Assembly (NCBI GenBank): GCA_964612185.1
Contig: CAZTCR010000003.1
Coordinates: 56,970-120,969 of the forward strand
DNA: 64,000 nt
Reading direction: 5' to 3'
DNA from: an uncultured Eubacteriales bacterium
Lineage (GTDB): Bacteria; Bacillota; Clostridia; Oscillospirales; Acutalibacteraceae
In this document: in pieces, positions 9,080 to 17,449 of the stretch
Layout of the letters: every line of letters begins with the position of its first letter
Numbering within the stretch: the stretch's first letter is position 1
Made by a program: the position numbers and the translations under genes
The notes under the pieces: model-generated
What the model was told of the DNA's origin: nothing
The model's input: only the letters and a program-made list of their open reading frames with translations
Databases searched by the model: none

Positions 9080-10321
9080 ATGGATATCACCCAAAAAGAC
9101 AAGGAAATCCTGCGCACGCTTGCCTCAAAGTATATGGAGATAGCCTCGCTGCCCGTTCAACGGGAAAAAATGGAGCTTTGGAAAGCGCTGAACCGCGGCA
9201 AAATGCAGCGCCCCATGGTCGTGCTGGACCAGCTGCCCTGGAACGAGCTGAACAGCGAAGGGGACCTGACCTGCCAAGCGCAGAATTCTTTTTGCAGAGG
9301 GCTTGAATGGGATTTGCGCTCTACCATTTATAAGTGGGAGCATTTCCCCGTCGATATGGTTGTGGAACCATTTATCACCATCCCGAAATCTATCATCAAC
9401 ACCGGTTACGGTATCGGCGCCGATGAAGAAATTCTGCGCACGGACGAAACCAGCGGTGTGGTATCCCACCACTACAACAACCAGATACAAACCGATGAGG
9501 ATATCGATAAAATCAAAGATATGGTCATCATTCATCATGAAGACACCAGTAAATATTTTATGGACCAGGCTCAGGATATTTTCAGCGGCATCGCGCCGGT
9601 GAGACAAAGCGGCGGTTTGCAGCTCCATCTCGGCGTTTGGGATACGCTGTCGATGCTCATGGGTGTCGAAAACATCTATTTTGATTTAGTTGACCGGCCG
9701 GAATTTATCCACAAAGCGATGGATCGAATCACAGCATCCGTCATCGCGGGCATTGAGCAGATCAACAAGCTCAAGATTTATAACGGCAATGCCAACACCT
9801 GCCACTGCTCCTATGTTTATACCGATGAGCTCCTGCCGGACTTTGGCGCGGGCAAAGGAAGTTCAACGCAAAACGGCTGGGCTTTCGGGCTCGCGCAGCT
9901 GTTCACGTCCGTCAGCCCCGCTGTTACAGAAGAGTTTGAGCTCCCGTACATTTCCCGCATGGCGGAATACTTTGGCATGATTTACTACGGCTGCTGCGAC
10001 CGGCTGGACGACCGGCTGGATTTGGTGAAAAAAATCCCACATGTCAAAAAGGTTTCCTGCAGCCCGTGGAGCAACCGCGATGTTTTTGCGGAAAAAATCG
10101 GGCCGGAGCTTGTTATGTCCAACAAACCGACACCCGCGCTGGTGGCAGAAGACTCCTTTGAGCCGGAGGCTGTGCGCAAAGATTTGGAACTGACGATGGC
10201 CGCCGCAAAAAGAAACGGCGTCAACCTCGAGTTTATACTCAAGGATATTTCCACCGTTCAATACAAACCGGAGCGGCTGACCGAATGGGCGAATGTCGCA
10301 ATGGCTGTTGTGACAAAATAG
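9080..10321 (+). CDS. Hypothetical protein, possibly uroporphyrinogen-decarboxylase-like TIM barrel
   Basis: 413-aa ORF with RBS GAAAGGAAAGAG. The fold guess is based only on length and C-terminal character. Confidence 0.5.
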   Translation: MDITQKDKEILRTLASKYMEIASLPVQREKMELWKALNRGKMQRPMVVLDQLPWNELNSEGDLTCQAQNSFCRGLEWDLRSTIYKWEHFPVDMVVEPFITIPKSIINTGYGIGADEEILRTDETSGVVSHHYNNQIQTDEDIDKIKDMVIIHHEDTSKYFMDQAQDIFSGIAPVRQSGGLQLHLGVWDTLSMLMGVENIYFDLVDRPEFIHKAMDRITASVIAGIEQINKLKIYNGNANTCHCSYVYTDELLPDFGAGKGSSTQNGWAFGLAQLFTSVSPAVTEEFELPYISRMAEYFGMIYYGCCDRLDDRLDLVKKIPHVKKVSCSPWSNRDVFAEKIGPELVMSNKPTPALVAEDSFEPEAVRKDLELTMAAAKRNGVNLEFILKDISTVQYKPERLTEWANVAMAVVTK

Positions 10322-10399
10322 CAAATCACATCGGCAAGCGGCAATCTCTCAATTTTCAAAGAACCGATTTCATCATCAGGAAGGGTTGGATATTAAAGA

Positions 10400-10681
10400 A
10401 TGTCAGAATTGTTTGAAGCGTTTATGATTATCAGCTTTGGGCTTTCCTGGCCTGTATCGATTTCAAAATCAATCAGGTCGCGCACGGCGAAGGGCAAAAG
10501 CTTTGTGTTTATGCTGTTTGTCCTGTTCGGATACGCCTGCGGAATTACCTCCAAGCTGTTAAAAGGCAACCTGACTTATGTTTTTGTTTTTTATGTGTTG
10601 AACTTTGTGATGGTGGCGGTTGATTTATGCCTGTTTTACCGAAACAGCAAGCTTGACGCCCTGAAGAATAAGGAGCAGTAG
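10400..10681 (+). CDS. Small 3-TM membrane protein, PQ-loop/SemiSWEET-like
   Basis: 93 aa with three helices. LSWPVSISKSIRSRTAKGKS resembles the PQ-loop signature (PQxxKxxxxKSxxG) with WP replacing PQ. Confidence 0.45.
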   Translation: MSELFEAFMIISFGLSWPVSISKSIRSRTAKGKSFVFMLFVLFGYACGITSKLLKGNLTYVFVFYVLNFVMVAVDLCLFYRNSKLDALKNKEQ

Positions 10682-10729
10682 GGAATAGTTCGCTGACTCA
10701 CGAGGGACTCTGTTAAAATCAAAATGTAC

Positions 10730-10770
10730 AAAAAGGACGGCTCAGTGAAATTCACTTTGCCGTCCTTTTT
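10730..10770. terminator. Bidirectional intrinsic terminator between convergent genes
   Basis: AAAAAGGACGGC...GCCGTCCTTTTT, with an inner AGTGAA/TTCACT extension. Confidence 0.65.
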
Positions 10771-10778
10771 ATCTGCTT

Positions 10779-11534
10779 TTAGTTGCCAAACCGTTTCTTT
10801 TTTTCCTTCGGCGGGATGGTCTCGAACGGAAACTTTGCGTGGATGCAATCTCCGTCCGGTTTATAGCCGCTTTCGCCGCTGTCGTGTTTGGTTACCCACA
10901 AAACCGCGTTTTCGACAATCTTCCGGATGTTTTCGTTATAGTAAATCGGGAAGGACTCATGCCCGGGCTGAAAGTAAAAGACTCTGCCCGCTCCGCGGGT
11001 AAAGGTGCAGCCGCTCCTGAAAACCTCGCCGCCCGAAAACCAGCCGGTAAAAACAAGCGCATCCGGCTTCGGAATATCGAAATACTCGCCGTACATTTCC
11101 TCCCCGTCCAGCCTGAAGCCCTGCGGAACATCCTTTGCAATCGGGTGATACGGGTCCGTGGTCCATATCCTTTCCGCCTCGCCCTCTTTCTCGCGCCAGC
11201 GCAGGGAACAGAGCGTGCCCATCAGCTTTTGAAACACCTTGGAGTAATGGCCGGAATGCAGAACAATGATGCCCATGCCATCCTCGACTCTTTTACAAAG
11301 CTTTTCGACAAGCTCGTCTTTCACTTCGCCGTGCCTGCAGTGCCCCCACCACAGGATGACATCCGTGTTATTCAGCACTTCATCCGGCAGACCCTGGTCC
11401 GGGTCATCCAGCAGCGCGGTTGTAACGGCGTATTCCCCTTTATCGGCGAAAATTTCTTTGATCGCCGCGTTCATGCCATCGGGGTATGCTTTGCCTTTGT
11501 GTGTGCTTTCGTTCCAAACGGTAATGTTTATCAT
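10779..11534 (-). CDS. ThuA-domain (trehalose-utilisation-like) protein
   Basis: MINITVWNESTHKG...DVILWWGHCRHGEV...IIVLHSGHYSK. The start was moved to ATG 11534, which follows RBS AAGGA. Confidence 0.8.
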   Translation of the reverse strand: MINITVWNESTHKGKAYPDGMNAAIKEIFADKGEYAVTTALLDDPDQGLPDEVLNNTDVILWWGHCRHGEVKDELVEKLCKRVEDGMGIIVLHSGHYSKVFQKLMGTLCSLRWREKEGEAERIWTTDPYHPIAKDVPQGFRLDGEEMYGEYFDIPKPDALVFTGWFSGGEVFRSGCTFTRGAGRVFYFQPGHESFPIYYNENIRKIVENAVLWVTKHDSGESGYKPDGDCIHAKFPFETIPPKEKKKRFGN

Positions 11535-11604
11535 TTCAAATCCTTCTTTCAACAAGGTTAAATAAGCAGTTATTGAACGGCATGAAAAGCCGGGTTTTCA
11601 CTTT

Positions 11605-11871
11605 TTATTTAACAATAACCTGCAACCCGGAATTGTTTTCGGCTGCTTCGGAAAAAACGGACAAAAATATTTTGCCATATTCGCCCAGGTTTTCTTCCAG
11701 CGACAGCGCATATTTTACCGTAATCTCGGTATCCGCCATAGAGGTCAGGCAGTCATACAAAGCATTCAGGTTTTTGCCATAATAAGCGGGGAACGCACAC
11801 TTTTTTGCAAGATATTTGTGCGTGTTTTCGCGCGTATTCATTTTTCTGGCATCAAGTGTTATTTTTTTCAT
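11605..11871 (-). CDS. Barstar-family ribonuclease inhibitor
   Basis: FPAYYGKNLNALYDCLT matches the barstar core LPEYYGENLDALWDCLT. The protein is 88 aa. Confidence 0.8.
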   Translation of the reverse strand: MKKITLDARKMNTRENTHKYLAKKCAFPAYYGKNLNALYDCLTSMADTEITVKYALSLEENLGEYGKIFLSVFSEAAENNSGLQVIVK

Positions 11872-11882
11872 TTGTACTCACT

Positions 11883-12485
11883 TTAATATAACCGAATAAA
11901 GGTTTCATAGTGGTCTGGGGTGTAATAAATCAAACCGTCATTTGAGTATACCAGGCGTTTGGGGCCTCTGTCATGTGCGCCCAAGGTATCAATGTCACAT
12001 TCAAAAAACTTGCGGCCGCTTGCTTCGGGAAACGGCTTGACACCGTTATCGTCCGGATAATTACCGAAATGACTCCCGCCGATGCATTTGCCGGGTGCAT
12101 AGGGTTCCAAGTCGCCGCCCGGCCAGCCAAGTGCCTGAGCCTGTGCTTTGGTAATAAAATTATTGGGCAGTTTTTTATAGGTATGAATGTATAAAGAAAC
12201 ATCTTCTTTGGTGGTGTAAGCGCCGTCCGGTTGTATACCCTTTTTAGTGGTTAGCTGTGCGGGCTTGGTCGTCGTCTGCGCCGGGTTTGTTGCAGCTTGC
12301 GTAGGTAATGCCGATGTTTGTGTGTCGTCAAGGCTTAATACTGTTTCCTGCTGCAAGGCAATAGTGCTTTCGGCAGCGGTTGTCACAGGGGTGATTTTTA
12401 TCAGGTCGGAGATATTGAATTTACATCCGGAAAAAACGCTGACAAAAATTAGTAAAGATACTGCGAATGCTATAAATTTCTTCAT
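11883..12485 (-). CDS. Barnase-like extracellular guanyl-specific ribonuclease, predicted lipoprotein with Thr/Ala/Gln-rich linker
   Basis: YIHTYKKLPNNFITKAQAQALGW...PGKCIGGSHF...LVYSNDGLIYYTPDHYETFIRLY aligns with barnase (YLQTYHKLPDNYITKSEAQALGW...ILYSSDWLIYKTTDHYQTF). The signal peptide ends in the lipobox VFSGC. Confidence 0.85.
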   Translation of the reverse strand: MKKFIAFAVSLLIFVSVFSGCKFNISDLIKITPVTTAAESTIALQQETVLSLDDTQTSALPTQAATNPAQTTTKPAQLTTKKGIQPDGAYTTKEDVSLYIHTYKKLPNNFITKAQAQALGWPGGDLEPYAPGKCIGGSHFGNYPDDNGVKPFPEASGRKFFECDIDTLGAHDRGPKRLVYSNDGLIYYTPDHYETFIRLY

Positions 12486-12601
12486 ACCACATTCCTTTTT
12501 CGTGTTGGTTCATACTTGTTGCTGTTGCCCGATTTGTTCGTTTATGCTATTGTATCCAACCCTTTTTGCTTTGTCAATCAATTTGAAGGGTAGGTGCGAA
12601 T

Positions 12602-12644
12602 AAAAAAGCCATAGGCGGGTGTACTCCCTGCCAATGGCTCTTTT
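12602..12644 (-). terminator. Imperfect terminator hairpin with flanking A/T runs
   Basis: AAAAAAGCCATAGGCGGG-tgtact-CCCTGCCAATGGCTCTTTT, about 30 nt downstream of the stop at 12673. Confidence 0.45.
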
Positions 12645-12672
12645 CAGTCAATTTGTTAAGACTTTCGCGAGT

Positions 12673-14835
12673 TTATTCCTGGTCAAGCACCTTGAACAGT
12701 TCCTCAAACGGGATGCCGCTGTCCTTGCCGTTATCCACAATCAGCTTGTTGTACCTGGCAAGCCAGTATGGCATGATGATGTTGTAAGATTCTTGCAAAT
12801 GCCTGCCCATATGCCCTTGCTTTGCCTGGAAAAAGTTCGCGCCGGTGGAGCCTCTTTCATCCATCGCCACGGCATAGGGGGTTTTGCCGTCTTTGTAGAA
12901 CATGTAGCCCTCGTCCTCAACCATATCCGGGCGGGTCGAGTTGTCTGTGAAAAACTCGCGGGAATTGACGGGGTAACGGCTGATCTGCCATTTGAGCATG
13001 TCAATGCAGGAACGGCCGAAAGCATCAAACTGCTCTTTTTCATTGTTGATAACCTGGTATATCAGCGACCATTCGATGTCCCTGGCGTACTTTTCCAACG
13101 CCCACCAGGAGTCCGCGCCCTGCCGGTATTTTTCAATCAGAACGGGGTCGTTTTCCAACTGTGAGAGCGTGTAGTATGATATCGCTGCCATGCGGACATC
13201 GGAGTAATTCATAATCTTCACAACTCTGTTGAAGATTTCCTCGTCGTTGTCCTCATCTTCAACAAGGTCTTTCGCGATGATGCGGTAGCGTTCAAAATGT
13301 TCCCTGAGCAGGTCGGCATAACGGTACGGTTCGTCGAGCGCGAGCTTGCGGTATTCTTGATTCCACTGCTCGTCGCCGGTGATGTGGTGCGCAACTTTAT
13401 AAAGCTGCAACAGGATGGACAGACCGAGCGGCGCGTCGGGGAAGCCGTCGCTATACTCGTTAACATAATACTCGCGGTTCATGCGCGCCCAGGAGGTCGG
13501 CTGCCCGCCGGCGTCGGTATGGCAGTAGTTGTTGTTTGTAAAATGGTTCGCATGCCGTTGAACAATGGTTTTAATAATTTCGGCAAGCTCCGGGTCTTCC
13601 GGACCCAGCACATCATACGCCAGGTGCCAAACAGCGTAATGGCCGACCAGCTCGTCGTTGGAGGTGTCACATTTATAGATAATTTCGTCGTCGCCCCAAT
13701 GTTTGCCTGTTTTGGGGTTGACTTCATCGGTATACAGTTTCTTGAGCCGCGCGGGGATTTCCATGGAACTGTCGATGGTCAGCAGTGCCGGCAAGTCATC
13801 GCCTTTTTCGGAAGTGGAAGGAATACGAACGGAAACCAGCTTACCGTCAGGCGTGAACTTTTTACGGAAAAATACGCCGTCGCCGAACGGAATCGGGTCA
13901 TTCTCCGGGTCATTGACATGGTAGGAGCGCGCGATATATCCTTCCACATTGCGGAAGACGATTTCCGGCATGCCTTCGGTCGCCCAATCCTCCGGATTGG
14001 CCGGACCGACCTTACTCACCACATACCCGGTTGGACCGTTATCCGGCATATTAATTTTGTATTCTTTCCCTTCCAGCAGAAACTTATCACTCGCTCTGTT
14101 GGTGCCGGGCTTGTTATAACGCACAAAGGAAGCTACCTCACCCTTCCAGCTCGGTATATACGCCAGCAACAGAATTGCTTCCGTCCAGCGGGTCGCGACT
14201 TCTCTCGCGCGGGTGATTTCTTCTTTGGTTGCGGTGGGGTCGTCCTTCAGCACGGCGTAACGGCAAATGTCGCCCATGGCGACAAGGGATGTCCACAAGC
14301 CGTCGTTATCGGATTCCCGGCCGATCCAGCGGTTATTCTTTTTATCCCAACGGGCGCCGCTGAGCATACCCCTGCGCTGCACATGCTTCACATCGACATC
14401 GGAGAGGAAAACCGCTTTTTCCTTTGCGGACATCCATTTCATCGCGATATGGGACACGCTGGTCTTGGTGAGTACATACACGCCGTTGTCCCCATCTCCG
14501 TCAACCGCCACCACTTCATTGTCGAGCATATAGGACGCAGCCCGGAAACACTGTACCCGGTCAAGGGGTTCGGGTTCTTTTTCGTTCACACGCCACAGTC
14601 CTTCGTTGGTCCCGAGCCATAGAACCCCGTTGGCATCCTCATAAACGCAGGTGATCATTTCCGGTGTTAAAAAGTCCGGCAGGCGCATCGCTTGTTCCGC
14701 TCTCAACGCTGTTTTCGGCAGGCTTTCCAGCGCCTTCACTCTTTCGGGGTTTGCCTCCCTTGTCTGCCTGATGGCAAGGCGCTGCAGGGTTTCTTTGATT
14801 TCAACCGGTTTACCCAGATAGTCTCTTTTTGTCAT
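12673..14835 (-). CDS. Large hypothetical protein (about 720 aa), glycan-locus associated
   Basis: The start was moved to ATG 14835 (RBS GAGGGAA, giving MTKRDYLGK...). It contains a propeller-like string GVLWLGTNEGLWRV. No secure family. Confidence 0.55.
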   Translation of the reverse strand: MTKRDYLGKPVEIKETLQRLAIRQTREANPERVKALESLPKTALRAEQAMRLPDFLTPEMITCVYEDANGVLWLGTNEGLWRVNEKEPEPLDRVQCFRAASYMLDNEVVAVDGDGDNGVYVLTKTSVSHIAMKWMSAKEKAVFLSDVDVKHVQRRGMLSGARWDKKNNRWIGRESDNDGLWTSLVAMGDICRYAVLKDDPTATKEEITRAREVATRWTEAILLLAYIPSWKGEVASFVRYNKPGTNRASDKFLLEGKEYKINMPDNGPTGYVVSKVGPANPEDWATEGMPEIVFRNVEGYIARSYHVNDPENDPIPFGDGVFFRKKFTPDGKLVSVRIPSTSEKGDDLPALLTIDSSMEIPARLKKLYTDEVNPKTGKHWGDDEIIYKCDTSNDELVGHYAVWHLAYDVLGPEDPELAEIIKTIVQRHANHFTNNNYCHTDAGGQPTSWARMNREYYVNEYSDGFPDAPLGLSILLQLYKVAHHITGDEQWNQEYRKLALDEPYRYADLLREHFERYRIIAKDLVEDEDNDEEIFNRVVKIMNYSDVRMAAISYYTLSQLENDPVLIEKYRQGADSWWALEKYARDIEWSLIYQVINNEKEQFDAFGRSCIDMLKWQISRYPVNSREFFTDNSTRPDMVEDEGYMFYKDGKTPYAVAMDERGSTGANFFQAKQGHMGRHLQESYNIIMPYWLARYNKLIVDNGKDSGIPFEELFKVLDQE

Positions 14836-14973
14836 CGATATTCCCTCATCATTATTTATTTGACAGGCAAACACCCAAATAGCGTATTGCCTCGCATTCA
14901 CTTCTGTATTCTACTATCCGGCACCGGTTGTGTCAAGCAGATGCCACTGCGTTGGCTTGGTCTTTCAGGAAGT

Positions 14974-15008
14974 AAAACAGCCGGCATTGCTTTGGCAAAT
15001 GCCGGCTG
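14974..15008 (-). terminator. Intrinsic terminator downstream of the C11 peptidase gene
   Basis: Perfect 11-bp stem CAGCCGGCATT-gctttggca-AATGCCGGCTG, followed on the minus strand by TTTT. Confidence 0.6.
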
Positions 15009-15034
15009 AGATGAATATGGATGCTGTTTTTTAC

Positions 15035-17410
15035 TTACCCGCTTATTGACGGGGTCCAATATCGGTTGTTATAAATGTCGGTCAAGCGGTAGGTCATCAG
15101 GTAATCATTATTGCTTATCGCAATGTTTTGAATGTTCCAGGAGCCGGTCGCGGTATATTGCTCGCCAAGATAGTAAGCATCGTTAAACTCCCCGTCGTAA
15201 GTGTAGTAATCGCACAAATAGTCGATTTTGTCACCTGCAATGATGTCCAGAAGGCCTTTTGCCGTTGTTTCGCTCTGCGTTTTTGTATCGTAAATGATTT
15301 GCGCGCCGAGCACTTTTCCGTTTGGATTTTCATTGTCAAAAACAAGGATGATATCCACCAGTTGGCCGTTGAGCAGTGCCGGGACACGCCCTTGGATGGA
15401 ATAGTCGTCGCCGTGCCGGTCTTCGGAGACCATATAGTAGCTCACGATGTTGCCGTTAAGCGCCAACCAGGTGCCGTCAAATTCCATGATCAAATCGCCG
15501 CTGTCGTTGAAATCATAAACATTGTCCAACCCCAGGTCAATATACCCTTCCCCGTCATCCAGGAAAACATTCAGTTCAAGGTTTTGAATAAGTTCCCATT
15601 GTTTGTCCGGTAGTTCCAGCACTTGTCTGCCGTCTTTTTCTGTAATTTTAAGCGCGGAAGCATCAAAACGATTGTCCTCATAATACTTTATAGAATCTTT
15701 CATGCGCCCGATGTCCAGCCAACCGGGCAAACCGCCGGCTATGCCCGTGATGCTGCTGAAATCTCCGCCCGATATGAATGAACTAAGCAAGCCGGTGATA
15801 ACCTCAGCGCCGCCGCCGGATTGACTGCCGCCGGCAAAGTTGCCAAGCAGCGTTTGGAGCACATTGCCGCTGCCGCTTGATGTCGCCTGCCCGCCGACCG
15901 CTAAGCTCGCGAAACTTTTGAGGCATTCGCTGTAGCCCGCGTCAATACCAATCTCATCATAAGTATTGAGCATAGAACCGAGGCTTGAAACCTTGCCTTT
16001 CGGAAAGTAGATGGAAAGGCCGTTGGCGTTGACAATATTCGTTGAGGTGCGGTTGTACTTGACGCATTCACGCAGCACTTTTGCGAAATCCTTCGCCTCG
16101 GAGGTGCCGAGGGTTTCCGCGAAGTTAACCAGGTCGATTTGGTTGAGTTGTGAAGAACCGGCAAATTCTTTGGTGCCTGCGCGGGCATCTGAAACCTTCT
16201 TATACTCCTTACTATCAATCAGCTTGCTTGCGGACGCTGCAAAGGCTGCAAACGGTTCCGGTACCGTGCCTTTCATTTCCGCCAAATCAATCAAGGAAAG
16301 CGTCGCCTGGCTTTTCGGTGTTTTTGCCCGGACTTCTTTCACATAATCGTCAATGAGTATTTTCCCGAGGTCCGTTGAAGCAATTGATGTGTTGCCGGAA
16401 AGCTCAGTTATCCAGCCCGTGTAATACCAGCCGATACCCGGTTCAACTTCCTCGGAAGCAATCATATAATCCGCATAGGGCTCCAGAACAATCGCGGTTT
16501 CGAGCGTTGCCATCAAGCAGGCGTCAAACCCGACGATATCAAAAACGCAACCCCCGTTTTTGAGCGCGATATTGATCTCGTCGAGCGTCATGCTGTCATT
16601 CGGGAAGTTTTGGTCGTACCCGTAGCCGCTCGTCGAGCCGCCGCCATGATCCCATAAAATCAATATGTAACGGTCCGCCGGGTATGTGGACGAGCAGTAT
16701 TTGATAAAATCCGAAAGGGTTTCGGGCTTCACCATTGATTTTTTACCGAGATTTTGTTCAAGCGGTTCAAGCCCTTTGCTCGTTACACGGTAGCGTTGGT
16801 TCGTTTTATTGCTGATTATATTGTTGTTCCACTTGGCCGTGCCGCCGGTTTCAACGATGATATTGACCTGGTCGGATATCTGCGCCTTCATCATCTCCTG
16901 CAGATCAGCGGTTGCCATACCGCCTTTGGATTCGAGGTCCGTCCCGCACAGGTATACCATAACCGTGACCTTGTCGCTTTTATTGCCTTTTAAAACAGTG
17001 TACTTATTGCGGGCTTTTGGAGAAACGGACTGAACAACCGGATACGCGCCTTTGTCAAAGTCGGACGCGGTTGACCCGTTATTAACTAAATTGTTTATGC
17101 TGCCGGAGTCTTTACCCAGCGAGCTGAATAGCAGATACAGCCCCACGGCAACAACAACTAAGATTATAATACCTTTCAGTGAGCGCCCGTTGAGTGGAAC
17201 TCCCCGGCTCCCCCCGGATGGATACCCGCCCGTGCCTCTATCGGAACCGTCCCATTCGGGCTGTGTGCCCTGCGGTCTGTCCGAGTATCCGCCGGCGTTG
17301 CCAACCGGTCCCTGGTCTCCCCGGCCCAAGCCGCTGCCGCGTTTATGCACATTCGCGCTGCCCGGTCCGTAATTCTTCTGCCTGCCGGTCGGTCTGCTTT
17401 TTCTTTCCAT
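15035..17410 (-). CDS. Clostripain-family (C11, clan CD) cysteine peptidase, single-pass membrane-anchored
   Basis: Catalytic His context ILILWDHGGGS and catalytic Cys context IVGFDACLMATLE. The N-terminal region of about 80 aa is Gly/Arg/Pro-rich and is followed by TM helix IIILVVVAVGLYLLF. Strong RBS AAGGAGG. Confidence 0.8.
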   Translation of the reverse strand: MERKSRPTGRQKNYGPGSANVHKRGSGLGRGDQGPVGNAGGYSDRPQGTQPEWDGSDRGTGGYPSGGSRGVPLNGRSLKGIIILVVVAVGLYLLFSSLGKDSGSINNLVNNGSTASDFDKGAYPVVQSVSPKARNKYTVLKGNKSDKVTVMVYLCGTDLESKGGMATADLQEMMKAQISDQVNIIVETGGTAKWNNNIISNKTNQRYRVTSKGLEPLEQNLGKKSMVKPETLSDFIKYCSSTYPADRYILILWDHGGGSTSGYGYDQNFPNDSMTLDEINIALKNGGCVFDIVGFDACLMATLETAIVLEPYADYMIASEEVEPGIGWYYTGWITELSGNTSIASTDLGKILIDDYVKEVRAKTPKSQATLSLIDLAEMKGTVPEPFAAFAASASKLIDSKEYKKVSDARAGTKEFAGSSQLNQIDLVNFAETLGTSEAKDFAKVLRECVKYNRTSTNIVNANGLSIYFPKGKVSSLGSMLNTYDEIGIDAGYSECLKSFASLAVGGQATSSGSGNVLQTLLGNFAGGSQSGGGAEVITGLLSSFISGGDFSSITGIAGGLPGWLDIGRMKDSIKYYEDNRFDASALKITEKDGRQVLELPDKQWELIQNLELNVFLDDGEGYIDLGLDNVYDFNDSGDLIMEFDGTWLALNGNIVSYYMVSEDRHGDDYSIQGRVPALLNGQLVDIILVFDNENPNGKVLGAQIIYDTKTQSETTAKGLLDIIAGDKIDYLCDYYTYDGEFNDAYYLGEQYTATGSWNIQNIAISNNDYLMTYRLTDIYNNRYWTPSISG

Positions 17411-17449
17411 TTGATGGGCACCTCCTTTTTTTATGGCGTATTATTTTTA

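Noticed and set aside
13297-14622. 441-aa plus-strand ORF
   Set aside because: It is antisense to the 720-aa minus-strand gene, has an unprotein-like composition and has no RBS. It is a shadow ORF. The same reasoning applies to 21853..22824, 30297..31028, 34623..35417, 10839..11561, 4845..5585, 54607..55440, 57516..58223 and 59483..60223.
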